Assembly: GCA_951406725.2 (NCBI GenBank)
Contig: OX597835.1
Coordinates: forward strand, 17,422,001 to 17,486,000
Direction of reading: 5' to 3'
From: Octopus vulgaris
Lineage: Eukaryota
DNA length: 64,000 bases
Positions within the stretch are counted from its first letter, which is position 1. Each line of letters begins with the position of its first letter. This document shows positions 42,411 through 57,130 of the stretch, piece after piece. The position numbers and the translations under genes were made by a program. The notes beneath the pieces were generated by a model. The model saw only the letters and a program-made list of their open reading frames with translations, was not told the DNA's origin and searched no databases.

Positions 42411-43646
42411 AGACAGTGAGAGAAATAGAGAGAAAGAGAGAAGAAGACAGAGAGTAGGGAAAATGAAAGGCAGAGTCAGCGACTAACATATAAAGAGGTA
42501 AAAAGAATGATGATATGATGGAGAAGGAGATAGACAGAGATAGAGAAAGAGAAATATTAGCATATAGGGACATATAAAACTGATAAAACATTTTAGAGAG
42601 CGGGAGAAAGGGAGAGAGAGAAAGAGAGAGAAAGGCGGAGAGAATTGTGAGCTGGGAAGTAATATGGTAGCAGTCCTCTGCGAGGTAATATAACATTGAT
42701 ATCGATGAATGTTTGAAGTTCGTCAGGAAAGATAATCTATGGTAGACATGACGATACCGTCTTTGACAAATGATTACCAACAGTGCATACTGTAGAAAAT
42801 TTTTAAAAAAGAAGGGTATTTTATTCTCATATAAAAATTTAATATTTGAAATATTGCGAGCGAAAAGGTCAAATATTCACGATTCAGACGTCGTCAAGAA
42901 TTGTTTAAATTTGAACCTCTCTTTCTTCCCTTCTTCAAAAGAAGAATAGAATTCGTTTTCTTGTGAAAAAAAAAAACAGAAAAAAGAAAACAGAACCATT
43001 ATTAAAATAAATCGATTGTTCGGTAAATATATACAGAGTTTAATTCCGTACAAAACATTTTGTGCAGAGTAAAAAAAGAAGACGAAAAAGAGAAAGAAAA
43101 TCAAGCATAAACGCATACAAAAAGCGTATATAAAAGAACTGTATGATGCCCGCTTCTGTGCCCATATAACAATGGCGTCACAAGATACAATAACACTATT
43201 TCACCGATATTTTACAAATGTCGAACGAAGAATAACGGTACACGAGGAAAAAGCAATAGCGAGAGAGAGAAATAAAAAGACAAAATGGAGGGGAAATGAT
43301 GAACAAATATAAAAAATAGGAAATGAACGAAAAATAACATGTAAAGTATTATAGAAATGGTGAACGGGAACAAAATACGATCACTGCTTACCATTGTAGA
43401 CGTCGAAAGGAAGCGAACCGAAAACAAATCTATTGTACTATTTTGTAGGTTTAAAAAACATAAAAGAAAGACAAAAGATCAACAGATTGAATTTTGGAAT
43501 TTCTGAATGTGTTGATGCTGTCGTTGTGGCAGTAGACTTTGTAGTTATTGTTATAGCACTTGTACCATCTTCACCAAAGGTTGGCTCTGACTGAGCAGAC
43601 ATAGGATGAGAAGCCTTCCAGCTGTGACCATCCTGCTTATACATGC

Positions 43647-43696
<50 letters not shown>

Positions 43697-43717
43697 ATGG
43701 TTGGGAAGTGAGCTTCT

Positions 43718-44117
43718 GGATCTTTTCGGTTTGAACGGCAGTTTTTAACATAATTTCTAGGTAACTAAAAAAATTTTAAACTTCGTATACTGGTAGAATG
43801 TGTTTATAAAACATCTTTTTCTCTTGGCTCTATTGAGAAATTTCTATAATTTGTAAGATATTTGCTGTTTTTTTATTTCAATTTCTGCAATTTCAACCAA
43901 TCGATGACGTCCATGAATATGTCCCTCGTTAAAGAAACAGATTGGGTTTGTTTGCATTTGTGAAGAAAAAATATACCCTTACCCCCCCCCACTCCTAGCT
44001 CTAACCCTAACTGTAAAACAGATTGAAATACAATAGATCGATACTAGGGTCATAATTATGGTTGACAATTTTATATGACAACGGTAGAAAAAACTGCCGT
44101 TGAAACCGAAAAGATCC
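43718..44117. mobile_element. 400-bp MITE with 29-bp TIRs (GG...CC termini; possibly Merlin-type)
   Basis: GGATCTTTTCGGTTTGAACGGCAGTTTTT and AAAAACTGCCGTTGAAACCGAAAAGATCC (one mismatch); flanks gagcttct / aagtttct match 6 of 8. Confidence 0.88.
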
Positions 44118-44146
44118 AAGTTTCTTACAACCCGTACCTGCGCAAG

Positions 44147-44199
<53 letters not shown>

Positions 44200-45208
44200 G
44201 TGTGTGTGTGTGTGTGTGTGTGTTCCCGTGTATATACATATGTATATGCATATATAATCATTTATTTACTATCATCTAAGAAATACATTTATGACGTGTA
44301 TTACAAAGCTCCTTTACGGTTATTAGCTCTCAAAGAGAGCTCTCCATGAACTATGAGCTCTCAAAACCACTCACCTGATGATATGCGTGTACAAAGCTAC
44401 TGCTGGATATGTTCATGCAATCTTTATAGAAGATAATGTACAATATAGAAACCTCAGCAACGAAAAGCTTTTAGTTATGCACAGAAACAATTGTTGTGAT
44501 AAATGATTGAAGCCTGTTCATTCCAACAATTTTCTTGCAGAAATTTATATATATATTTACAAAAGATATATACAAAAAATTTTAATACGAGATGAATTGA
44601 ACAGATCGTGTATATATATATATATATATATATATAAATACAGAATATTCTATAATTATATACATAATTATAGTAAGATAAGTATAGCTCCTCGCAAATA
44701 TAGAGACACCTAACCCAAACGACCGCCAAAACTTTGCGTCTGATGCCAGCAAGGACACTGAAACTTTTCCTTGTAATGTTAAAGTTATGTGTGTGAAGTC
44801 ACATATCCTTTATAGGTCGATGAAATAGAACTAATCTAGGGCGGTTGATTGGTGGAAACGTTAGAGTGTTAGGCTTGACGTCTTGCAAGATCTGTTCCAA
44901 GTGTTTGCATTTTGACAGCAATGCCTGCAATGATATGAATGCCAAACAGCAGTGGCCCAAGTCGGCGGAATTTACATGGAATTAAAATCGATGGCGTGGA
45001 TATTGGTGACATGTATGTATAGGCAACAGCCAGTTTTCTACAAACCAAGGAAAAAGAAAGGAGAAAGGCTAGGCTCGCAAAAATGAGTAGAAGCATGGTC
45101 AATCTTCACAAAGAAAATCTACACACACACACGCACACACATACACACACACACGCGCGCACACACACACGCACCAACGCACTTACGCGTGTGCATACAT
45201 ACACAGAC

Positions 45209-45525
45209 TGGCACTCCGTCAGTTACGACGACAAGCGTTCCCGTTGATCTGATCAACGGAACATCCTCCTCGTAATATTAACGTACACGTGGCTGTGTAT
45301 TCCTAAGACCCGCTACCATTAACGTAGCTCTTAGGGAGATTCAACTTCACACGGGATGTAACAAGGCTGGCACTTTGAATTACAGGTGCAGCTAATTTTC
45401 CCCGGCTGAACGGACTGCAGTATCGTGAAATGAAGTATCTTGCTCAAGGACACAACACGCCCGCGGGAATGGATCTCACAACCTCACGATCGTGAACCCA
45501 ATGCCCCTAACCATTTGACCACACG
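45209..45525 (-). mobile_element. SINE with family D (CORE-like) head and tail type 3
   Basis: 45209-45390 is homologous to 11858-12040; the head contains ttgtgtccttgagcaagatacttcatttcac rather than the family B body. Confidence 0.8.
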
Positions 45526-47428
45526 CACAAATATAAATATGTCTACGCCTGTGTGCTCTTCTTAACTGTATTACTATATTCTTAGAAGGCAGTCGTCTGA
45601 CTTACACGCAGAGTGTAAGCGAACGCTGACATTGACAATCTATCTATCTATCTATCGCATGACCTGAATAAACCAAGATGGCACCCATCACGCGACAAAA
45701 TTACACGAATCATATAATGCAATATCTCCCACTTTGGTTCGTTAAAAATGGTAGTGAGCGATTTGAAGAAGAATTTGGTCGCTATTTCTTGCAGTATTAA
45801 ATGATTACGTCTTGTGTATTTTATCAGGCATTCTGCTGAGTCGAAGATGATGATAGAGTTTCTTTCATATTACTTTCGTTCGCTTACAATTTTCAAACGA
45901 TTGATAAATGCTGTAATCTTTTATCCGCCATCTATATTCACCCTATTGTTTCATTAAAACCCTTTTGTATTTGCGAAAACATTGTCTTCTATTCAATATC
46001 ATTTTAATATAATAAAATAGTCGAATGATCCGCCAACCATCTAGGTTTTCCTTTAAACTCCGATTGATAGTTTCAATAATGGCGCATAATTCTTATAGAA
46101 TAGTCTTTGTTAATTATGGAAATATCGATCCGAGATTAAACCATGAAAACAAAAGGACAGGAAATGTGTATTTAGATGGAGAGAGAAAACGGGAAAGCGC
46201 CAAGCTTTAACATGCTCAATTGAATAGCTTTCTACATATCTTAGATACACTTATTGAAAACTAGATTTCCATTTAGAAAACAAATGGTATTCTTACCAAA
46301 TCATATTCATCTTAATCATATATTTCTAGAGCCGGGATAGGCCTTATTTTTCGTCACTTATCCTTCGATCATCTTCCTTTTACAAATTATTATTTTGCTA
46401 AATCATTTTGTTTCTTCTTTAAGTATTTTTCGTTTAATTACCAATCTGTCGACCTCCAGATAAAATAAGTATGCCTCGTTCTATAATATACATACATTGT
46501 CTCTATATTTCTATTCTATTCGTGTTCTCGGTAATAAGGTATTCTAGCCATAGTTACCTCAACAAAGGCACTATATTTTAATGAGAACACTTAATAATCT
46601 ACACCATTGTACAAAATCATGTTTCTCACACGCTATACCGCGAATAAGCTGCACTGTCGCATTCTCTAATTCTCTGCTCTAACTCTGTCTGCCTGTCTCT
46701 CTTTTTCAAATATACATACATGCATACATACATACATACATATATATATATGTGTGTGTGTTTGTGTGTGTGTGTGTATGTGTGTGTGCGTACGTGTGTG
46801 TGTATAATATATATATACATATATAGGTTTGGCGATCGATGCGGAAATAGAGAAATAGGTCTTAAAACAGGAGTATAAATATATTTTGTTATTAATACTA
46901 ACTGAAGCGACGGAGTGACTCAAGGGCGTAGCGATACTTCGTGCACTAGCACTTATCATACTACATACATACATACCAACAAACATATATACATACATAA
47001 ATAGATACATACATATATATATATATATATGTATATTACACATTAAATCAACGCATTAAGTAGTAATCGCCACGTTCGACCTACTAAATCCATACACACA
47101 TGCGCGCACTCGGATATATATTTTTTTTTTATATATTTTTTATCCTTCGTCCTGAATTCTCGCTCCTCCATCTTTAATTCTATTCACTCTTATTACCAGG
47201 TTCCTTCACGTCTGTCTGCATTTATATATTTATATATGTATATATTTATTTATTAATTTATTTACATTACTTCAACATCCAAATTTCCTCATTCTACATT
47301 GAGAGAAGAACGAGATGGACGCTTCATTTTTATGCTGTTGCCGCATTATGTCGTACGCGAATGAGAGGATTTGCATCCCCAACCAAGAATTTTTGATGTA
47401 ATACATGTCCTTGTGGAAGTTGTTGTGC

Positions 47429-47506
47429 GCGGCTGAAGAAGGCCACAGACATACATTATGCATTGTTATAAATCCGTCTAATAAAGGCCCGAAACATATG
47501 TACCGC
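47429..47506 (+). ncRNA. Type I hammerhead ribozyme motif
   Basis: GCGG CUGAAGA(47433-47439) a-GGCC..41 nt..GGCC-c GAAA(47491-47494) CAUAU GUA CCGC. Stem I is 4 GC pairs; helix III is the palindrome ACAUAUGU; 40 bp upstream of (TA)n. Confidence 0.7.
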
Positions 47507-47542
47507 TGAATCCTTGGCATCGTGTTTTTATTTTGATTAATT

Positions 47543-47602
<60 letters not shown>

Positions 47603-47755
47603 CGTATGAAGGACGATTCAAGCTCTTACGATCATTCACAAATGTATTATTGATTCAAGTCAGTATTTGCGTGTAAACTGCGTCGGTCGTTACGAATAAT
47701 GTATATTTAATGAATTTAAGCAACATACACATTCATGCATACATACATACATACA

Positions 47756-47849
<94 letters not shown>

Positions 47850-47860
47850 CAAACATATAT

Positions 47861-47906
<46 letters not shown>

Positions 47907-47974
47907 ATGTATATATATATATATATACAAATACATCTGTGTACATATGGATGCATTATACATTGACTTAGACG

Positions 47975-48410
47975 TTTACTTGTTCCAATCACGTGACTAC
48001 GGTCATGCTCCAGCACCGCCTCTAAGGGTTTTAGTCGAAGAAATCCGACTTCACGGCATTTTTCAGCCTAGTACCTATCTTGTCGGTCTCTTTGCCAAAC
48101 CGCTAAGTTGTGAGGACGTAAACACTCAAACACCTGTTGTCATGCGTTGTTGTTGGGGTGGTGGTGGTGGTGGTGGTGGTAGAATGGACAAAGAAAGACA
48201 CAAAAATACACACATATAGTTACGTACATACGTACATACACACATACACACACACACACATATACGACGGGATTCCGTCTACCAAATCCACTCACAAGGC
48301 TTTAGTCGATCCGAGGCTGTAGAAGACGATATCTGCGTAAGCTTCCACGCAGTGGGACTGAACCCAGGAGAACGTGGTTAGGAAGCAGGCTTTTTACCAC
48401 ACAGCCACAC
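47975..48410 (-). mobile_element. SINE family A, degenerate
   Basis: ctctttgccaaaccgctaagt...ccgtctaccaaatccactcacaaggc...cagtgggactgaaccc...accacacagccac. Confidence 0.85.
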
Positions 48411-48423
48411 TTAAATATCTCCA

Positions 48424-48470
<47 letters not shown>

Positions 48471-48473
<3 letters not shown>

Positions 48474-48856
48474 CTCTTTTGTTTGTTTCAGTCATTTGAT
48501 TGCGGCCATGCTGGAGCACCGCCTTTAATCGAGCAACTCGACCCCGGGACTTATTCTTTTTTAAGCCCAGTATTTATTCTATCGGTCTCTTTTGCCGAAC
48601 CGCTAAGTAACGGGGACATAAACACACCAGCATCGGTTGTCAAGCAATGCTAGCGGGACAAACACACACACGTATATATATATACATATATACGACGGGC
48701 TTCTTTCAGTTTCCGTCTACCAAATCCAATCACAAGGCTTTGGTCGGCCTAAGGCTATAGTAGAAGACACTTGCCTAAAGTGCCACCCAGTGGGACTGAA
48801 CCCGGAACCATGTGGTTGGTAAACAAGCTACTTACCACACAGCCACTCCTGCGCCT
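48471..48856 (-). mobile_element. SINE family A, full-length
   Basis: Collinear with 17734-18140; flanked by (TA)n on both sides. Confidence 0.92.
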
Positions 48857-49439
48857 ATATATATATATATATATATAAGCAAAGAAAATAATTGAAAACT
48901 ACCCAGTCTATATTTTACATGGAAGATAGAAGCTTAAGCTATGCAATCCGTTTATTTTAAGCAACTCTGATACGAAGACTTAAGAAGACGTATAACCGCC
49001 TCTATAAATGGAATTTTCCATCTAACTTAAATCTTAAAGAATCAATCTGGATAAGGGTCAGGATGTTGGAGATTATAACAAACCTTTAGAAGCTTCTCTC
49101 TGCAGAACTCTGTGTTATGTCTAAACTATAATTAATAATGTTGTCTTAGAATGGATCTAAATAAAATGGTGTTACTGTTTGAACAATTATGGGAAGCCAT
49201 GATTAAGTCTTGTAAATCTCGTTCTTGACAATAACATCAAATATTAGCGAAATTATTTAATCTGGACGAGTAATATTATCGTATTATCGTTCTTCTGTTG
49301 GTTTATACCCGAGTGTATAGGGCTCACGCCAACACATACAAACGTACATACATATATACACATACCTACATACATATATACACATACCTACATACATACA
49401 TAAATACATACATAAATATATACATACATATATACATAC

Positions 49440-49518
49440 ATGCATACATATATATATATATATATGTATGTATATATATACATATATATATATATATATG
49501 TATATATATATGTATGTG

Positions 49519-49549
<31 letters not shown>

Positions 49550-49556
49550 GTATATA

Positions 49557-49655
<99 letters not shown>

Positions 49656-49710
49656 GTATATATATATGTATGTATATATATATATGTATGTATATATATA
49701 TATATGTATG

Positions 49711-49741
<31 letters not shown>

Positions 49742-49777
49742 GTATATATATATATGTATGTATATATATGTATATAT

Positions 49778-49854
<77 letters not shown>

Positions 49855-49866
49855 TATATATGTATG

Positions 49867-49897
<31 letters not shown>

Positions 49898-49961
49898 GTA
49901 TGTATATATATATATATGTATGTATATATATATATATGTATGTATATATATATATATGTAT

Positions 49962-49992
<31 letters not shown>

Positions 49993-50015
49993 GTATGTAT
50001 ATATATATATGTATG

Positions 50016-50064
<49 letters not shown>

Positions 50065-50079
50065 ATATATATATATATG

Positions 50080-50142
<63 letters not shown>
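49440..50142. repeat. (TA)n/(TATG) compound microsatellite
   Basis: Direct reading. Confidence 0.95.
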
Positions 50143-50145
<3 letters not shown>

Positions 50146-52229
50146 TGCTAGGAAACTTACTAATAATAAGATAACCTTTCATGTCCCATTGGGCGGACAT
50201 TTTGGCATCAATACCTTATAATTGATTGAATCCCCGCCAGTTTTCTTTTTATATCGATCTGAAATGCAATCGTTGGAATGGCAAAACCAGTATCTCGTCC
50301 CTTTTGTGTCGCAGACAAGTCGACGTAATAGCGCCAGTATTCCTATAGAGATCATACCTAACCTAGTATCTAAATTTTCTCGAACATTCTCTAGTTCTAA
50401 GCTGCTCTGAAATTAGCCATGATTTTTTGCCATTTTTTGTTTTCTGTTAATCTTGAAAATAACGAAGAATTTATTACAATAACTTTGCCTTGATCAAGCT
50501 GGAATTTGGAACAGAGCATGAAATTTTGTGGGGGACTTTTAATTAGAACAATTTAAAACAGTTATTTTATATAATATAACCAGAGATGGTTCTGCACAGG
50601 CTTTTCACATGATGGTTAATTTTCTTTATGCGCTGATCCTAAGATGCATCATAGAAAATATAAATGCCAATGAAATCTTAATAAGACTTAACCTTTTTGC
50701 TACGGTATTTCCGTTGAAATAATGCGTTTCTTTGAGTTCATTTGGAAAGTAACTAAGAATTTAATAAATAAAATTTCATCATTATTAGGTGGGTGTTTAG
50801 CACATAAATTAACATGAAATTTTAATGGAAAATTATTGTTTTAGCTCATGTTAAAATAGCAACTCTATTTCTCAGAATCAGAGACGTTAAACGCTACTCT
50901 TTTAAAATACAACTGAAGCGACTTTATTTAGGCGACTCAACTGTTAGGTAGAGTTGCACCACAGCACTGGCGTCCCTGTCTGGTCACAAAACTTGTCAAA
51001 AAATAGCTGTCAAATCTCATGCTGTTACTTACTTTAATGAAGAGAAGAACCAAAAACACGTTAAATAAGGTAGTCTTCGATGTACAAGAATTAACTACAC
51101 GAGAACAGCAACAAAAACATCGACAACAGGATTTAGATCAGAAATCCATCAAAAAAATAAATCTACACAATTCATTCTCTCCGACATAACACGCGATATC
51201 AATGTCGTTCTCTCGAGATCTCGTGTGAAATAAACTGCTAAATTGTGGCCTGCCTATAGTATTGATTGACTCCAAGATAAACCTAGCCGTTTAATATAAT
51301 AGTTGAAAGTATTTTAGTGAAATATTCAACGCTATTTCTCTGTAGATGTGAGTTGATAAAACATTGATCCTTTTAACCGGAACTCGAAAATCTTATCATC
51401 TGGACCAGCTGCGCATGTATTTCACTTCACAAGCTAATCTAAATATCCTTTTCTGTTAATAGAATAAATAATGATACCTGAGAACGGAAATGTGCGACAC
51501 ATCGACCACGAGACGTAACGGAACTTTACGTTTGATGATACTTCGCATGAAACAGTCTAGCAAAATCAAAACAAACAAAAAAAAAACAACAAAGCTGGTT
51601 GTAGTACTATATTCGATAGGAGCAGACTTGCAGACCGCCTAAACCCATCAAGGTAGTAACATAACCAAATAACTATCGGAATCTGAGAATCTGGCAATCT
51701 AAAATAAATATTGATTTTTCACAGCATTACACTTTGGTAAATATTTGCACGCTGTGCATTACATTTTCAACCTAAAACCAGCGACTATCAAACACATTTA
51801 TTTGGCTGTATCTATTTCGTCAATATCTCTCTGTACTGACATCGATCGAAGATATGAAGCCTAATTAGCTGACAATTGTAAGATAGTTGACATTCATTGG
51901 TGAGATCTATTAAGTCTCACAAATTACAATTGCCATATATCTGGTCGATTTATGGAGATTACAAACAAAAAAAAATCTTTATCTAGTTCACATCAATTAT
52001 ATACCGCTTCTACTTGGTCAACACAGGGACCTGCAGCGAATGCCATTTTACTATCGATACAAATACAACGCCACATAGATGCACACTTTTCAACTCCAGG
52101 TGTGGGCTTTCGTTGTCCTGACCTTTTATATTTAGACAATTTTAACGTGGTGTAAGTGTCTATTCAATATTTACACACCCAAGGAGACAAGCTAGCAGAG
52201 TCGTTAACACGCCAGGCGAAACGCTTCCT

Positions 52230-52374
52230 TGAACAACAAAGAAGTGTATTAGTTTGATGCTCGGGAAAGTGAAAAAGTATTTTACATTTCGTGCCTACGC
52301 TCTTCGACAGAGAGAAATAAGAAAAAATAATCAATGACAGAATAAAAAATGAAAATCTTGTTGCTCTATCGGTC

Positions 52375-52378
<4 letters not shown>
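52230..52378 (-). mobile_element. Short (TA)n-adjacent repeat with a decayed hammerhead motif
   Basis: Minus 52281-52310: CUGUCGA-A-GAGC gua gGCAC GAAA UGUA. Same layout as 7505-7539 but with core and stem mutations; follows a truncated SINE C head (52185-52227). Confidence 0.45.
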
Positions 52379-52416
<38 letters not shown>

Positions 52417-52439
52417 ATAAAAAAAGAATAATTGTTTTA

Positions 52440-52810
52440 AACTTTTTTAGCACAAGGTCAGCAAATCTAGGGAGAGGGCGAGTCGATTACATTGAACTGA
52501 ATGCTTGATTGTTATTTATTTCATCGTCAATGGAATGATGACAGGCAAAGTCGACATCGGCTCAGAATGTAATTTGCCATAATAATAATAATAAATCTGG
52601 TTTCAGATTTTGGCTCAAGGCCAGCAATTTCGAGAAGTGTGTAAATGAATAACATCGACCCCAGTGGTCAACTGCGACCTATTTTATAGATCCCAAAATG
52701 ATGAATGGCAAAGTCGACCACGGCAACATTTCAACTCAGAACGCAATGCCGGTCCAAATGTTACTAATCATTTTGTCCGGCATACTAACAATTCAGCCAG
52801 CTCGCAGCCT
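52440..52810 (-). mobile_element. Two degenerate SINE family C copies in tandem
   Basis: ggcaaagtcgac occurs twice (~52545 and ~52707); acatcgaccccagtggtcaactg. Confidence 0.7.
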
Positions 52811-52824
52811 TATTATTGATAATT

Positions 52825-53060
52825 ATAATGATACAATTATCATTAATAATCATATCTCCACCATCAATATTATTATTAATATCATTACTATCATTAACAA
52901 TCATATCTCCATCATTAATATCCTAAATATATATCACCATCATAAGAATCATATCACCATCATACCATAATAATAATATATATACCATAATAATAATCAT
53001 ATCACCATCATTAATATCATTAATAATCACATCTCCACCCTCAATAATAATATCCACATG
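52825..53060. repeat. Degenerate ~24-bp minisatellite (atcattaataatcatatctccacc)
   Basis: Motif recurs 6-8 times with variation. Confidence 0.7.
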
Positions 53061-53266
53061 CTATTGTTTAATAAATCATCACAACAAATTCATTATATCT
53101 ATATAGTATTTCGCTAAAGTATACCATTCTATCTTCTCCGCAGTACCTTGTTCTGCAATCATGTATCCGCCCTTTCGTTCGCATATCTTATGGATCATTT
53201 TTGTATATATCAACGTATTTAGAGAGATATTGAAACAGTAACATAAATACATGGATAGATAAATGG

Positions 53267-53681
53267 GAGTGGCTGTGTGGTAAGTAGCCTGTCTACCAAC
53301 CACATGGTCCGGGTTCAGTCCCACTGCGTGGCACCTTGGGCAAGTGTCTTCTACTATAGCCTCGGGCCGACCAAAGCCTTGTGAGTGGATTTGGTAGACG
53401 GAAACTGAAAGAAGCCTGTCGTATATATGTATATATATATATATATGTATATGTGTGTATATATTTGTGTGTCTGTGTTTGTCCCCCCTAGCATTGCTTG
53501 ACAACCGATGCTGGCGTGTTTACGACCCCGTCACTTAGCGGTTCGGCAAAACAGGCCGATAGAATAAGTACTGGGCTTACAAAGAATAAGACCCGGGGTC
53601 GATTTGCTCGACTAAAGGCGGTGCTCCAGCATGGCCGCAGTCAAATAACTGAAACAAGTAAAAGAGTAAAAGAGTAAAAGA
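53267..53681 (+). mobile_element. SINE family A, full-length
   Basis: A box tggctgtgtggtaag, B box gggttcagtccc, CORE-like accttgggcaagt, internal (TA)/(TG), tail (gtaaaaga)3. Confidence 0.93.
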
Positions 53682-54854
53682 GTATTTAGATAGCGATTGA
53701 AACAGTAACATAAATCCATGGAAAGATAAATGGATAGACATTGACATAACTTCCATTTTGTTTTTGTAAAACCAATTATGAATAGAAACACACATTTAGC
53801 AGAAAAAAAGGAGGAAGCCCAACACAATACGAGGGAACATAATTGAAGGAAAGCCCCTAACTCAGTAGGATTTGGAGAATCTCTGGAATTTTAGCAAAAA
53901 CATATCATCTAAACTTTTTTTCTACAAATAATTCTGAATTCTTAAGTGGCATAAATAAGTCATTAAGGAATAAAAAAAATTAATTCCAAAAAGAATAAAA
54001 AATAAATAAAAAGATATAAAAATAATAAATAGGTCACGTGTTTATAAAGTTCATAAGATCAAGCTTATTCAGTTAGGTGCGTTTTTGATTGGTATTGCTC
54101 GTGATTATTCTTCAGAGAACTCATTCCACAGAAAAGAGTGAAAGGAAGAGAAAACACAGAGAGAGGAAAAGAGAACGAGAGAAAGACCAGCAAGAAAGAA
54201 AATAATATAAAGATGAGACAGAGAGAGTGAGAGAGAGAGAGAGAGAGGGAAGACACGATAGAAAAATATGATAGATGCTGTGATTCCAGCTACTTAATTG
54301 GTGCCAAAAATGCATACGTGAGTAGGAGATTTACAAACACATTTATTCTAATTCTTCTTATAATCTCTTCACGTAATTCCACAAAATTGAAGACACCTAC
54401 GCGAAAGAAGCAAATTTAATTGAATTAATCTCGAAGCTTCTAGTTGCAGTTCAGTTTTATATTTTTTAACATTCAATAAAGTGTAATTACGTACACATCT
54501 AATTAAATACTGAAAATAATTTATCAAGAAATATGCACATAGATTTCTATACAGTTTAATCTTTTATATTTAAAAGCAATTTTGTTTACTAGCTTTTTTT
54601 GTCTTTTTTATTTTGGTGTTTTTGTTGTGTGTGTGTGTATGTGTTCTTTTTGTAGTTGTTGTTGTTGTTGCCTCATCACACTCATTCTTACATTCCTGTG
54701 TGTTTGAGTCTTTTTCTTCCATAGAAAATAATCTATATGGTTCTAAAAAGATATCCGGAATATCTTAGCATCTCACATCCCTATGCACAAAATAGACAAC
54801 CGGAAGTAAAAGAAAAGAAAGAAAACTTAACAATAATAATAACAACGATGGCGG

Positions 54855-54886
54855 TAATGATAATAATAATAATAATAATAATAGTA

Positions 54887-54970
<84 letters not shown>

Positions 54971-55008
54971 GTAATAATAAAGAAGAAGAAGAAGAAGAAG
55001 AAGAAGAA
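54855..55008. repeat. (TAA)n(GAA)n microsatellite
   Basis: Direct reading. Confidence 0.95.
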
Positions 55009-56124
55009 TATGTAAAATAAGAAAAAAGGAACGGAATGGGTTCGATTGTTTATTTGAATGTTATGAAGGAAAAGGCGAAGTTTTAGACAGGTCGTCGGAA
55101 ATGAGACATAAAGGGAGAGAATTGAGTGACGGGAAGTAAAATAAAAGGGGATGAAATCTATGAAGATTGTGTTGCCACCTAGTGAACGTTCAGGATGTAG
55201 AAACAAATAAGTACGGAAATGAGAGAGACATAAAACTGATATATCAACGGTATGTTGTTACATCAGTTGAAAAGTGAAAGTGAAACTAGGAAAAAATAAT
55301 GTATAAAGAAAAAACATATCGTGATAAGTAGTTAGCTTAAGCGAGACGAATGTTAAAGAATAAAGAAGAATCCGTTTACAGGAAATGAAAGAAGTATGAG
55401 ATATAAGGTGCCAAGATATTTTTTTATCACTTCATTTCCCTCATTCAGATGAAAAGAACCCCAATGTGCATACAGGAAGGAAAATAGATTAAAATATTTG
55501 ATTGATATGAGAGGAAGATGGTAAAACGATAGCGTTATATACTCGGAATGAAGAATGGAGAGACGGAAAGCAAAAATAACGAGAGCGATAGAACCCAGAG
55601 AGCGAGAGATAGCGAGGAATGTTGCCTGTGAAAATGTGAAAAAGCAACAAATTTTCTATTGTACAATTTGATTAAAACAACTGGATATATCCTTGATATT
55701 TGTTAAAAAATTAAATAGAATGTTCCACACACACTCCTGCACTCCACAATCAACCGGAAGTACTCTTTTGTGTTAGAGACTTCGTTAAGAGCTTTCTTTA
55801 TTGCAAACTAATATAGGTAGTACGTGGTTTATGAAACAGCGAAATAATTATCATCGCCTGCAGACAGCTTCTATCTATGTTGCATTAATATTATTTTTAT
55901 CTTTATTATATACTTTTTATTATTTCTTTAACACCTTTTTTGCATTTTTTTGTTTTGTTTTGTCTAAGAATGAAAGAAAATCACCGCCTCATTGATTTTT
56001 TTTAGTATAATAATTTCCATATGTTTTGAAATTTTTTTTCTTCCTATGTAATTTCAACATACTTTAAATAGCTTCGCTATAAGAGATTTAAATAGCTATT
56101 GTTCATTCAGAGAAAGCGAAAGAA

Positions 56125-56135
56125 AAATAATAATT

Positions 56136-56169
<34 letters not shown>

Positions 56170-56360
56170 CAACGACGTCGATAATGGTGAAGGTGATGAT
56201 GATGATGAAGAGGATGATTATGATGATGATGATGATGAAGATAATGATAATGATGATGATGATGATGATAATAATAAAAATAAAAATACTACTACTACTA
56301 CTAATAATAATAATAATAATAATAACAATAATAATAATAGTAATAATAATAATGATAGGC
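56125..56360. repeat. (GAT)n/(TAC)n/(TAA)n microsatellite
   Basis: Direct reading. Confidence 0.9.
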
Positions 56361-57087
56361 ACAATGATTGTAATGCTAATTATGATAAAGGTAATACTGA
56401 TAATAACATTAATAAGCAAAATGTGAATAATGATAAGTAGACAAGTACATATTTCTATATACATATATATATGTATATGTATATATATATGCATATGTAT
56501 ATATACACACACACACACAAACATACGCACATATGTACATATATCTGTGTGTGAATATGTGTGTGGTGGGTACATATATATATATATAAGTATATGAGTG
56601 TATGTGTGTGTGGGTGGTGTATTCACCAAACATACGTATACACATGCATAGAAAATTGCACCCCCACATACACAACCATTAATACACACACACACACACA
56701 CACACAGACATCAAACACACACACATCCACACACGCAAACATGGGCTCGTATTATTAAAGGTAGCGGATGTAACTGTGAGTGCCATCGTGATTGTACATA
56801 CCAGCATAGGTACTTGTGCACGAATTATTATTCTTCTTTAAAAGCAAATAGGTATATTTATACATATGTACACACATTCACACACAAAAATATAAAGCAT
56901 AATGTAATATATAAAATAACACATGTAGACATGTACATGCATAAATATATATATATATTATATATATATGTGTGTGTACATATACACACAAACATATATA
57001 TTTTCTCTCTCATGATTATTAATAATAATGATGATGATGATGATGATGATGATGATGTTATATACATATTTTTATGCTGGTACATTG

Positions 57088-57130
<43 letters not shown>

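Noticed and set aside
50170-50212. AUGUCC/GGACAU stem followed by GAAA on the minus strand
   Set aside because: The preceding bases (ugccaaa) do not match the hammerhead core.
56099-56440. Acidic D/E/N-rich ORF (also 23942-24124 and 21999-22202)
   Set aside because: Trinucleotide microsatellite translations with no splice or domain support.
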